In this document: positions 1 through 9,381 of the stretch, in pieces
Position numbering within the stretch: the stretch's first letter is position 1
Layout of the letters: each line of letters begins with the position of its first letter
From: Actinomycetes bacterium
Lineage (GTDB): Bacteria > Actinomycetota > Acidimicrobiia > Acidimicrobiales > Acidimicrobiaceae
Assembly (NCBI GenBank): GCA_021805205.1
Contig: JAJZFV010000055.1
Location: forward strand, 17,287-81,286
Length of the DNA: 64,000 nucleotides
Direction of reading: 5' to 3'
Translations under genes and position numbers: made by a program
Notes under the pieces: generated by a model
Told to the model about the DNA's origin: nothing
Databases searched by the model: none
The model's input: only the letters and a program-made list of their open reading frames with translations

Positions 1-962
1 CCGGCATAGGCGACCGATAGTACTTCTCCGGTAGCCTTTGGCCCCATTAGATAGACCGCAGGGTACTTCATGGTGAGCTTGGAGCCAATGTTTCCATCGA
101 TCCACTCCACGCGAGCCTCAGTCTCTGCTACTGCCCTTTTGGTCACAAGGTTATATACGTTGTTAGACCAGTTCTGGATCGTAGTATAGGTAATGCGGGC
201 ACTTGGCTTAGCGATAAGTTCTACCACGGCCGAGTGAAGCGAGTCAGTGGTATAGACCGGAGCTGAACAACCCTCGATGTAGTGAATCTTGGCCCCTTCG
301 TCGGCGATGATCAAGGTTCTCTCAAATTGACCCATATTCTCAGCATTGATTCGGAAGTAGGCCTGAAGCGGCATATCGACTTCGACACCTGGTGGAACAT
401 ATATGAACGATCCACCCGACCAAACGGCGGAGTTCAAGGCGGCAAACTTGTTGTCGTTCGGAGGAATTATGGTTCCGAAGTATTGCTGCACCAACTCTGG
501 ATACTCACGAACTGCAGTATCCATATCGCAGAAGATGACACCGATCGCCTCAAGATCCTCTCGATTTCGATGGTACACCACCTCTGACTCATATTGAGCG
601 GTAACTCCAGCTAGATACTTTCGCTCTGCCTCTGGAATACCCAACTTCTCATAGGTAGCCTTTACCGACTCAGGAAGCTGATCCCAGGAAGAGACCTGCT
701 TTTCTGTAGGCTTTATGTAGTAGTAGATATCGTTGAAGTCAATATCTGGCATATTGACCGAGAACCATGGAAGCATTGGCTTCTTCTCAAAGTTTTGAAG
801 AGCCTTCAGTCGGAATTTCCGCATCCAATCTGGCTCGCTCTTCATCCACGACATCTCTTCAACGATCTCTTGGTTTAGACCCTTCTTGGGCTTGAAGACG
901 TAATCTTCCTTATCTGCCCAACCAAGCTTGTACTTTCCGAGGTCAAGATCGACTGCACTCAT
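1..962 (-). CDS. sufB: Fe-S cluster assembly protein SufB (5' part; runs off the window start)
   Basis: Not in the ORF track. Manual minus-strand translation from ATG 962: [15 protein letters not shown]...[14 protein letters not shown]...[26 protein letters not shown]...[20 protein letters not shown]...GQFERTLII...EGCSAP...SLHSAVVE...IQNWS...GSKLTMKYP, all SufB motifs. Confidence 0.97.
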   Translation of the reverse strand, partial: MSAVDLDLGKYKLGWADKEDYVFKPKKGLNQEIVEEMSWMKSEPDWMRKFRLKALQNFEKKPMLPWFSVNMPDIDFNDIYYYIKPTEKQVSSWDQLPESVKATYEKLGIPEAERKYLAGVTAQYESEVVYHRNREDLEAIGVIFCDMDTAVREYPELVQQYFGTIIPPNDNKFAALNSAVWSGGSFIYVPPGVEVDMPLQAYFRINAENMGQFERTLIIADEGAKIHYIEGCSAPVYTTDSLHSAVVELIAKPSARITYTTIQNWSNNVYNLVTKRAVAETEARVEWIDGNIGSKLTMKYPAVYLMGPKATGEVLSVAYA

Positions 963-1039
963 AGCTAGCTCCCCGATGGCCTTCAAAGTGTGCACTGGCA
1001 CACCGATACATCTACTTATAACACTAATGGATCATCTTC

Positions 1040-1065
1040 ATTTCTACTATCTAGATAGTAGAAAT
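1040..1065. promoter_or_regulatory. Perfect 26-bp palindrome, putative operator in the sufB/ptrB divergent region
   Basis: ATTTCTACTATCT|AGATAGTAGAAAT, about 80 bp upstream of the sufB start. Confidence 0.6.
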
Positions 1066-1165
1066 ACACATCGACCATGGCTCGACCATAGGCCATATTG
1101 GATCAAGGCGCACATCGGCGTTATCATCGCCAAGGTAAGGCCAGGATTCATCTAATGTCTATGGT

Positions 1166-3262
1166 GTGTCATTAGCAAACAAAATCTTCAAATCTATAAC
1201 CGCTCCCCAACCTCCTAAAAAGGTACCGACGGTACTTATGGGGTTAGGCTTCGATCGTATCGACGACTACTACTGGATCAAGGATGCCCAAGATCCGGAG
1301 TCCCTTGCCTACATAGAAGAGGAGAATGGCTACGCCAAAACCTTCTTCGAAAAGATCGAGCCCCTAAAGGAGACGTTCTACAACGAGTTCATCTCCCGCA
1401 TCAAGCTCGACGATCAATCGGTGCCATTCCTCCGCCGCCACTACTACTACTTCAACTCCTCCGAGAAAGAAGACCAGTACGACAAGCACTACCGATACCA
1501 AACTTCCTTGGGCATCGATGGTCAAAAGGATCGCAGCAATTGGATTATGATCCTCGATGAAAATGAGCTAGCCCGCGACCAAAGTTACTTTGCGCTAGGT
1601 TCAAGTTGCCTCTCCGACGACGAAGAGACCCTGGCATATGCCATCGATACCGCGGGCAATGAACTGTTTCGAGTTTTCATCAAAGACCTCAAAACTTCAA
1701 GTATCTATGAAGTTCCGGTCTCAAATGCAACATATGGCCTCGAATTCAACAGCGACGCCACGAAGCTGTTCTGGATAGAGGCAGACGAAGCCAACCGGCC
1801 GTACAAGATAAATGTCATGGACCTAACCCAAGCCGACTTTCCATCTACCACCCTCTTCGAAGAGGGCGACGAGGGCTTTGGGGTTGGAATGGGAAAGACC
1901 AAAGACTACCGCCACCTAATAGTTGAATCATCGTCGACAACATCGACCGAGATCAGATATATCGACCTTACAGATGGCCAACTTCAATTGAGGCTGTTTC
2001 ATCCGAGAACTCCAGGCCTTGAAGTTTCAATGGAGATAATTGGCGAGACCTGTTACCTTTTAGCTAACCATAAGAGCATCGACTTCTCAGTCGCTACCAC
2101 CACCCTCGATCGCCCCGAAGTCGAAAATTGGGTTGACTTCTACTATCGCGAAGGGGTAAAGGTCGACTCATTCGAACTGTTCGCTAACTTCTTGGCGATA
2201 GACGAGCGCCGCAATGGATTTTCTAGAATCCGAATCGTCGACCTACGAACAAACCAAGAGTACGAACTCGATGCACCGGATGTGGCCTCCACCTTTTCTG
2301 TAGCACCCAATCTCACCTTCGACTCCAACACAATGCGCTACGGATACTCCTCGATGACCACTCCATCACAACTCTTCGAGATGGACCTAGCCACACGGGA
2401 AAAGAGACTACTAAAGCAATCTGAGGTCCTAGGCGACTTCGATCTATCGTCGCTTCGCTCCGAGGTCATGTACATAACGGCTCGGGACGGAGTAAAGGTT
2501 CCGGTCTCGATCGTCTATCTCGGTGAACGTCCGAGCGGAGCGCCGCTACTGCTCTACGGTTATGGCTCATATGAGCACTCCACCGATCCCCGATTTTCGA
2601 TACTTCGACTCTCGCTCCTCGAAAGAGGAGTAACCTACGCCGTAGCCCACATCAGAGGTGGCGGCGAGATGGGTCGCCAGTGGTATCTCGACGGAAAGTT
2701 CGCCAAGAAACACAACACCTTCAACGACTTCGTTGACGCTGCCAAAGCCCTAGCAGAAGACGGGATCACCGAGGCTGGAAAGATTACCATCATGGGGGGA
2801 AGCGCCGGTGGAATGCTGGTAGGAGCAGCCGTCAACCAGGCCCCTGAGCTATTCAACGCAGTAGTTGCTGAAGTTCCCTTCGTGGACTGCCTGACTACGA
2901 TCTCCGATCCATCGCTTCCACTTACAGTTCCAGAGTGGGAAGAGTGGGGAAACCCCCTCGAAGACCTCGATATCTTCAACGAAATGGCATCCTACTCACC
3001 GTATGACAATGTAAGGGCCGGGGTGAAGTATCCTCCGATGTACATCACCTCGGGATTGAGCGATCCCAGGGTCTCCTACGTCGAGCCGACCAAGTGGACT
3101 GCCAAACTCCGCGAGATTACCTCCGACCCTGAGGTCATTCTATGGACCGAACAGAGTGCTGGGCACTTCGGGAACTCGGGGCGCTTCAATGAGTTGGAGA
3201 GTGACGCCAAAACATTTGCATTCATCTATAGTTGCATCGTCGATGAGGAGTTATCGGAGTAG
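1166..3262 (+). CDS. ptrB: Oligopeptidase B (S9A prolyl oligopeptidase family)
   Basis: DDYYW N-terminus, beta-propeller region, LLYGYGSY, HIRGGGEMG, nucleophile GGSAGG, DPRV and GHFG completing the triad, EWEEWGNP. TAATGT lies 7 nt before the GTG (leaderless-type promoter). Confidence 0.95.
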   Translation: MSLANKIFKSITAPQPPKKVPTVLMGLGFDRIDDYYWIKDAQDPESLAYIEEENGYAKTFFEKIEPLKETFYNEFISRIKLDDQSVPFLRRHYYYFNSSEKEDQYDKHYRYQTSLGIDGQKDRSNWIMILDENELARDQSYFALGSSCLSDDEETLAYAIDTAGNELFRVFIKDLKTSSIYEVPVSNATYGLEFNSDATKLFWIEADEANRPYKINVMDLTQADFPSTTLFEEGDEGFGVGMGKTKDYRHLIVESSSTTSTEIRYIDLTDGQLQLRLFHPRTPGLEVSMEIIGETCYLLANHKSIDFSVATTTLDRPEVENWVDFYYREGVKVDSFELFANFLAIDERRNGFSRIRIVDLRTNQEYELDAPDVASTFSVAPNLTFDSNTMRYGYSSMTTPSQLFEMDLATREKRLLKQSEVLGDFDLSSLRSEVMYITARDGVKVPVSIVYLGERPSGAPLLLYGYGSYEHSTDPRFSILRLSLLERGVTYAVAHIRGGGEMGRQWYLDGKFAKKHNTFNDFVDAAKALAEDGITEAGKITIMGGSAGGMLVGAAVNQAPELFNAVVAEVPFVDCLTTISDPSLPLTVPEWEEWGNPLEDLDIFNEMASYSPYDNVRAGVKYPPMYITSGLSDPRVSYVEPTKWTAKLREITSDPEVILWTEQSAGHFGNSGRFNELESDAKTFAFIYSCIVDEELSE

Positions 3263-3310
3263 CTCCACCTAGATAGGGCCTAAGTCGCCTTTAACTTTTC
3301 TAAACAGAGA

Positions 3311-3347
3311 GAGCTGCCCATTGAATGAAAACCTTAGTGGGCAGCTC
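3311..3347. terminator. Stem-loop between convergent genes
   Basis: GAGCTGCCCA...TGGGCAGCTC, 10-bp stem with a weak U-tract. Confidence 0.45.
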
Positions 3348-3495
3348 CTTAATCTCAAGAAAGAGATCGATCCACCACAAGCGCAACCAGTCATTCGCTT
3401 AAAAAAGTCGAAAACGGCCAGATATATAGGATCTTCGACTCCCAGTAACAGCAGAGAATTCGTAGAGTCGATCTTTTATCGATCTAAAATCGACC

Positions 3496-4542
3496 TTATA
3501 TCGACGAACCGGCGGTGGGTACGAACTGGAAGTTGAATGGTCCAGGTGACGCCGTGAAGTGAACTGGTACTCCATTTATCGTAAGAGAGACCACGCCGGA
3601 GTTCCCCGCTCTAACCCATAGAGGGCCTGTAACTTGGAAGGTGTGGCTTTGCCCTTGAGTTAGCGTTGCATCCCAACTGATTGTAGCTCCAGCTGCGGTA
3701 GATTGAGCGACCCAACAGGCACCTGAGTTGATCGTAATTACGACGGTATAGGCAGAGGTAGGCGCTGCGAAGCTAGCACCAGAGCCATCGCTCGAAGTTG
3801 GGGTAAGGAACTGTGGAACAGCCGTCGTCGTAGTCGACGAGGAGGTCGCTTTTTTAGCCACAGTGGTTGGTGTTGTGGTAGTAGATGTAACCTTCGATCC
3901 ATTGGATGCGAGATTTGGCAGCAGGATGATGGTCACAATCACAATGATAACCAATGCTGCCGATCCTGCAATCAAGGGAGAAGCCAGAGAGGAGAGACGA
4001 CCCTGTCCGATCGATCGAGGGGGCCGAGGCGCCTTAGCAGCCCTCGCTGGAGATTCATCGAGGGCTAAATCCTCGTCGTCAAAGATCAAATTGGGATTGG
4101 TAGCGGCTCGAGCAGCCTTTTGAAGAACCTCGCGGAAGACGCTAGATCCCTCTTCTGCCACCTTTTCATTCTCAATGGGAAGCTTGATATCTTCAAATTC
4201 ATTTTGCGCAATTCGCGCTGACATGTTGGATGAGATCCGTACCGGACCATCAAAGGAGGGTCGCTGCTGTGCCTTAATCTCTTCTTCTTCGCTAGGTAAA
4301 AACTCGTCACCCTTACGAAGGCGAATGTGGGGTGCCGGCTCTACCTTTTGAACGTTTAGTTCTTCACTGTGCTCACTAGCGACACGATTGATCACATTCA
4401 TGACTTGGCTATGTCGAGATATAGATCGCTTCTCGCGCGAGTAACTGGTCGCGATGATAGATGCTATAAATGTGACCGCTCCGAGGATACCAAAGAGCAG
4501 CAGAAGTTGTTTCACGCCATCTCCCGACGTAATTAGTGCCAT
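3496..4542 (-). CDS. Membrane protein with C-terminal DUF4115 (RodZ C-terminal-like) domain
   Basis: N-terminal TM helix, long charged disordered loop, second TM helix, Thr-rich linker, then CWV...L..GQS.TF...LWVRAGN.G.V.LTING pattern of DUF4115. Confidence 0.7.
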   Translation of the reverse strand: MALITSGDGVKQLLLLFGILGAVTFIASIIATSYSREKRSISRHSQVMNVINRVASEHSEELNVQKVEPAPHIRLRKGDEFLPSEEEEIKAQQRPSFDGPVRISSNMSARIAQNEFEDIKLPIENEKVAEEGSSVFREVLQKAARAATNPNLIFDDEDLALDESPARAAKAPRPPRSIGQGRLSSLASPLIAGSAALVIIVIVTIILLPNLASNGSKVTSTTTTPTTVAKKATSSSTTTTAVPQFLTPTSSDGSGASFAAPTSAYTVVITINSGACWVAQSTAAGATISWDATLTQGQSHTFQVTGPLWVRAGNSGVVSLTINGVPVHFTASPGPFNFQFVPTAGSSI

Positions 4543-4615
4543 AGGCCTATGTCTACAAACTCATTTTACTTATAAAAACGTAGAATTAGATTAAAGCTTG
4601 ACATTCGGACGGAAT

Positions 4616-6379
4616 TTATCCTTCGCGTAGGTCGAGGACCTCGGCTCCCTCGCTTGGTAGGAGGCGATAGAGCTGCTCCCTTGAGAGCTCTTCGTGCAAC
4701 AAAAGTTCGTCGACAACCTTCGAGACCAAATCTCGGTGCATCTTAATCGTGGCTACCGCCTCTTGATAGAGTCGCTCTAACAGGTCTTCTAATATCTCAC
4801 GCGCCTTGGGATCGCCCAAAACCTTGGCGGGATCGTCACCACGCGAGCCCGCGAGCGAAAGGTAGATTCCCTCCATGCCATAGAGTCCAACGCAACGGGC
4901 ACCGATCTTAGTGGCAGCTATTAGGTCGCCAGAGGCCCCAGAGCTAGCCTCACCCAGTAGTACCTCCTCTGCGACCATCCCTCCAAAGGAGATCTTTATC
5001 ATCGCGTGAAGCTCGCTTCGGGTCTCAAGAAAAGACTCTTCATTGCTGTCGTGTACCGTGGCCCCAAGGGCACCTCCGCGCTTGAGAATCGAAACCATCT
5101 CAACCGATCTATTCTTGCCACAGGCCCATGCCATAATCGCATGGCCAGCTTCGTGGGTTGCGATCGCTAGGCGCTGAGAGGGGGGATAGGGTTCCTTCCT
5201 TGCAACTCCGATAGTAACTGTCATCAGCGACTCTTCGATATCGGAGTACTCCATCGTCGATCGACCAAAACGGGTAGCAATAATCAGAGCCTCGTCAAAG
5301 AGTCTTTCCAACATCGCAGGAGAGTACCCGGTCGTCTTGGCCGCAATTCGCTCCCGATTTATGGTTTCATCAAGGTCCAGATGGTGGCTGCGACTAGAGA
5401 GGAAGTATTCGATCAGATCGAGGCGCTCTTTACGGCTAGGGAGGCCAAAGGCTACTACGCGATCGAAGCGTCCTGGTCGCAGTAGTGCTGGATCAAGGTC
5501 GTTGACGCGGTTTGTAGCAGCAACGATAAGTACGTTTGGAGCAAGTAGCGGCTCACGGCGCTTCAGGAACGACAGCATCGCAAGACGTGATAGGTTGCTG
5601 CGAAACCTCTCCCCTTTGGAAGGAATCTCGAAACTTTGCATCTGAACCAGGAGTTCAGAGACGACGCCTGTCACCCCTTCGCCGCCGCCTCCACCCATAC
5701 CAGAGCGCGCAGCACCGATAGCATCAAATTCATCGATAAAGCCGATCGAGCCACCATATCTTCGAGCCAACGATCTAAGGGCTTTAAAGTAGGCCCTTAC
5801 CTTTCGGTTGGATTGACCGTAGTACATCGCCTGAAACGACGAGGCAGAGGCGTACAAAAACGGAACGCCAGCCTCTTTTGCCATAGCTTTAGCCATCATC
5901 GTCTTGCCCGTACCTGGGGGCCCCTCGAAGAGGACACCCCTTCGCACCTGTCCGCCCATCTCGCTGGCGAATCTATCGCGAAATACAAATAGGTCGAGGG
6001 TGCGCTTGATATCTGCAACTTCGGGAGCAAGTCCCTTGATCGAATTGAAGTCAACGGTTATATCACGTGGGTCGTAGCGTACATGAGGCGACTTGCCCAT
6101 GGCGAGGGTGGGTACCACCATCACCAGAAGAAGTACCGCTATTAAAAGCGTGGGAACGAGATAAGGCGACGACCCCACTGAGATGTGGGGCAATATATCG
6201 ATGCCAGTCATGGCGAAGACTGCGGCTCGAGCTACAAAGTAGGCCAAAAGTGGGGTGAGGGTCATTGTCAGTAAAAACGACCTTCTTCGCCTCCACCTAC
6301 GGCGCGCCAACTCTACATCTGTGGGAGGCTCAAAAAATGCGACCTCTAAATTTCCAACACTCTCAGTTGCAATACCCAT
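4616..6379 (-). CDS. FtsH-family membrane AAA+ zinc metalloprotease (paralogue)
   Basis: Two N-terminal TM helices, Walker A GPPGTGKT, Walker B FIDEFD, SRH ATNR..DLDPALLRPGRFD, HEAGH zinc motif, GASGDL third ligand. Confidence 0.9.
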   Translation of the reverse strand: MGIATESVGNLEVAFFEPPTDVELARRRWRRRRSFLLTMTLTPLLAYFVARAAVFAMTGIDILPHISVGSSPYLVPTLLIAVLLLVMVVPTLAMGKSPHVRYDPRDITVDFNSIKGLAPEVADIKRTLDLFVFRDRFASEMGGQVRRGVLFEGPPGTGKTMMAKAMAKEAGVPFLYASASSFQAMYYGQSNRKVRAYFKALRSLARRYGGSIGFIDEFDAIGAARSGMGGGGGEGVTGVVSELLVQMQSFEIPSKGERFRSNLSRLAMLSFLKRREPLLAPNVLIVAATNRVNDLDPALLRPGRFDRVVAFGLPSRKERLDLIEYFLSSRSHHLDLDETINRERIAAKTTGYSPAMLERLFDEALIIATRFGRSTMEYSDIEESLMTVTIGVARKEPYPPSQRLAIATHEAGHAIMAWACGKNRSVEMVSILKRGGALGATVHDSNEESFLETRSELHAMIKISFGGMVAEEVLLGEASSGASGDLIAATKIGARCVGLYGMEGIYLSLAGSRGDDPAKVLGDPKAREILEDLLERLYQEAVATIKMHRDLVSKVVDELLLHEELSREQLYRLLPSEGAEVLDLREG

Positions 6380-6463
6380 ATGTAGATATAACGTACCACT
6401 TTACGTGTAAATTTAGAGACAATTTCCAGAATTACTAGAAATAATCAAACACATAACGTGAAG

Positions 6464-7015
6464 TCAGGTACGGAGCGTGGCTCTCGGCCTAATGTGATCT
6501 GGAATATCCTTACGCATTGGGTTAGTCAGATCACGATTCGAAACGACAGGATCCTCAACTGCCCAATCTGCGCCAATCTCTGGATCGTTATAGAAGACGC
6601 CTAATTCGTCACTTGGATTGTAGTAACCATCGACGAGATAGGTGAGGGTCATATCGGTGATAGCGGCAAAACCGTGAGCAACACCGGGTGGTATAAATAG
6701 GCCAACCGGATTTTGCTCTCCAATTTCGATAGAGAGAGTCTTACCTTCGGTCGGCGAACCGACGCGAAGATCGTGAAGGACCACCTTAGCTCGCCCAAAT
6801 GGGACGTACCAATAGTCCGCTTGATGGAGGTGATAGTGTAGCCCTACCAAGCTATTTGCAATCTTGTCAGAGCGCGACCCCTGAACCATCTCGCGTCCGA
6901 GGGGAAACCAACTCCGGCGATAGGTCTCGGTAAATCTACCTCTGTCGTCGCCATGGCTCACTGGTTCGATGACAATCACATCGTTAATCTGCTCTGACGG
7001 ATTGACTAATGGCAA
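6464..7015 (-). CDS. rmlC: dTDP-4-dehydrorhamnose 3,5-epimerase family (cupin)
   Basis: DDRGRFTE, GLHYH, DLRVGSPT, IPPGVAHGF, YNP, DPEIGADW, SNRD. Confidence 0.88.
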   Translation of the reverse strand: MPLVNPSEQINDVIVIEPVSHGDDRGRFTETYRRSWFPLGREMVQGSRSDKIANSLVGLHYHLHQADYWYVPFGRAKVVLHDLRVGSPTEGKTLSIEIGEQNPVGLFIPPGVAHGFAAITDMTLTYLVDGYYNPSDELGVFYNDPEIGADWAVEDPVVSNRDLTNPMRKDIPDHIRPRATLRT

Positions 7016-7244
7016 AGTCCACTCCCTAACTCACTCATCGTATAAGTGCGATATCCAAAGACATCCCTTGACGATCCTAGTGAATCGGAGCTAACACCTC
7101 TAACAATTTGCTCAATCTGCCTAAATCCGAAGCCACCGATACCGCAAACGAGGCCGACTAGCAAACGCTTGGGCGGGAGACGAAAAAGCACGGAACCCTC
7201 GCCACGGTCGTCCAAAGTTGGTTCCCAACCGAGGCGGAATATGG

Positions 7245-8060
7245 TTAGATGTAGAGGATTTCGCCTTGATGAGCAGCGCAGATCTCTAACTTTGGGTGAG
7301 TCTCTTTCAGGCTCTTGACTTCACGGCTTATTTCGTCGTCGCTACGCGAGGGGTCGTGGTGAAAAAGCACCAACTTTTTTACCTCTGCCAGTTCCGCAAG
7401 GCTTGCGGCAAAGTCGTAGGTTGAATGCCCCCAATGGGCCTTGGACTGGAAGTCGATCGCATTGTACTGGGCATCGTGAATCAAAAGATCACACCCCTTG
7501 ACCATCTCAAAGACATCTTCACGAAGCTTCATCTCACCATATGGCTCTTGATGATCCGGGACGTAGCAGATCGTAACCTCACCAAAGGAGAGGCGGTAGC
7601 CATACTCAGTATCGGTATGGGCGACCTCGAAGGCCTCGGCGATGCCCCCATTGATTAATTCAATAGTGGCACCAGTCTCGATATAGTTCTTTGAGATTTC
7701 GCCACGAAATGCAAATGGGGATACCGGAAAGAATGGAGGGGAAAAGAGCTGGCCTAGAGGATCTCCGCCGATGTTCGGAGCGAAGAGACGAACTTTGGAG
7801 CCCACCCGATCCATTGGGTAGAAAAATGGTAACCCCTGAAGATGGTCGAAGTGGTAATGGCTCAGTAGTAGGTCCGCCTCAACTGGACCATCGAGGCTCT
7901 CGGCGAAGTTATTTAATCCGGAGCCGAGGTCAAGAATTGTCCACTTCGAAGATGTCGACTCTCGAACTCCGACACAGGAGGTATCTCGACCATAGTCGAA
8001 CGGTCCCCCGCTGACTGGCCTCGAGCCTCTAGTTCCAAAGAAATTAATTTCAAGTACCAC
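7245..8060 (-). CDS. MBL-fold metallo-hydrolase (RNase Z/PhnP/cyclic-nucleotide phosphodiesterase-like)
   Basis: GTRGS, TSC, LDLGSG, SHYHFDHLQGLPFF, DHQE, LIHDAQY, WGHST, LFHHDP. TATCTT lies 7 nt before the GTG start. Confidence 0.9.
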   Translation of the reverse strand: MVLEINFFGTRGSRPVSGGPFDYGRDTSCVGVRESTSSKWTILDLGSGLNNFAESLDGPVEADLLLSHYHFDHLQGLPFFYPMDRVGSKVRLFAPNIGGDPLGQLFSPPFFPVSPFAFRGEISKNYIETGATIELINGGIAEAFEVAHTDTEYGYRLSFGEVTICYVPDHQEPYGEMKLREDVFEMVKGCDLLIHDAQYNAIDFQSKAHWGHSTYDFAASLAELAEVKKLVLFHHDPSRSDDEISREVKSLKETHPKLEICAAHQGEILYI

Positions 8061-8239
8061 TAGGCAAAAGATACATCGTCACAAGGCGTGCCGCCAACAA
8101 TTTGCGATGCAACTTCGGTCACATTACCTAATTTCGCAACCAAAACTCCACCTCATAGATGCAATCTGCTGGAAATTTCACTGCACAACATTTAGGCGAC
8201 CCACTTCAACACAGATGAAATGCCCCTTTGTTGTCTGAG

Positions 8240-9319
8240 CTAAAGAATGCCCGATCGCTGCAACATAACGGTTAGATCTTGAGGGGAGGTAGCCGACAAA
8301 AGTGCCTCGTTGGCATCGAGTACTCCGGCTTCAACTAACTCGAATAGAGACTTCTCAAATGTGCGCATGCCGTAGAACTCTCCCTCTTTGATGACCTGAG
8401 GAATATCTCCACCTCGAAGTGGATCCAAGATCGCCTGAGATATGCGTCCATTGGCTACCATTACCTCGAGCACCGGTCGAAGATTAGCATCTCGAACCCT
8501 AACCAACCTTTGACATATAACGCCCCTAAGCGAACCCGCCAGAGAAGTTCTAACTTGGGCGTGCTGGTGGGAAGGGAAGAAGTCAACTATTCGAGAGACG
8601 GTCTCCTTGGCGTTGGTGGTGTGTAGGGTAGATAGGACGAGGTGGCCCGTCTCTGCCGCCGAGATCGCAGCGTGAACCGTCTCTTCGTCGCGCATTTCGC
8701 CGATCAAGATGACGTCGGGGTCTTCGCGCATCGCAGACTTCATCGCCTTAGCAAAGGTGGTGGCGTCAAAGCCGATCTCGCGTTGATTTACCAAGGCCCG
8801 ATTATCGCTATGGAGTATTTCGATCGGATCTTCAATAGTTATGATATGACAGGCTCTGTTTTCGTTGATCTGACGAATCATAGCGGCGAGGGTGGAGGTC
8901 TTTCCAGATCCGGTGGGACCGGTTACCAAAATTAGCCCTCGGCGCTCATTTGCCAAGGTCGATACTACTTCAGGTAGTGCAAGTTCGGCGATGGTAGCTG
9001 GTGATGCGGCAACCCGTCGAAATACCATAGAGATTGCGCCTCTTTGATAGAAGGCATTGGCCCTAAAACGAGTTCCGTCGTTGCTTTGATAGGCGAAGTC
9101 GCACTGCTTATCCTGGCTAAGGGTCTCCCAGAGATCTTCGCTCATAGCCCCTCTGGAAATCTCTCTCATTATGGCATCGGAGAGTGGTGGAACTCCAACC
9201 ACTTCGGCTAAGTTACCCTTTACTCGGATGCGTGGGATGGCGCCAACCTTCAAGTGAAGGTCGGAGCCACTTCGAGTTGACAGTATTCGCAGTAGGCCGT
9301 CGAGGAGATCACTTGCCAC
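8240..9319 (-). CDS. pilT: PilT/PilU-family type IV pilus retraction ATPase
   Basis: SDLHL, GPTGSGKT, TIEDPIE, QREIG, AMREDPDVILIGEMRD, AETGHLVLSTLHT, GMRTF. Confidence 0.92.
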   Translation of the reverse strand: MASDLLDGLLRILSTRSGSDLHLKVGAIPRIRVKGNLAEVVGVPPLSDAIMREISRGAMSEDLWETLSQDKQCDFAYQSNDGTRFRANAFYQRGAISMVFRRVAASPATIAELALPEVVSTLANERRGLILVTGPTGSGKTSTLAAMIRQINENRACHIITIEDPIEILHSDNRALVNQREIGFDATTFAKAMKSAMREDPDVILIGEMRDEETVHAAISAAETGHLVLSTLHTTNAKETVSRIVDFFPSHQHAQVRTSLAGSLRGVICQRLVRVRDANLRPVLEVMVANGRISQAILDPLRGGDIPQVIKEGEFYGMRTFEKSLFELVEAGVLDANEALLSATSPQDLTVMLQRSGIL

Positions 9320-9381
9320 AGGAGTCTCTTCGACATATTGAACTATCGCCTTGAGTCAATCGGGTCTCAGCCATCGCTAAC

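Noticed and set aside
282-1155. Plus-strand ORFs at 282, 403 and 928
   Set aside because: Shadows of sufB and of the divergent promoter region.
7006-7318. Small ORFs 7006..7215 (-) and 7046..7318 (+) between the MBL gene and rmlC
   Set aside because: No recognisable motif or RBS, and they overlap neighbours; probably non-coding.
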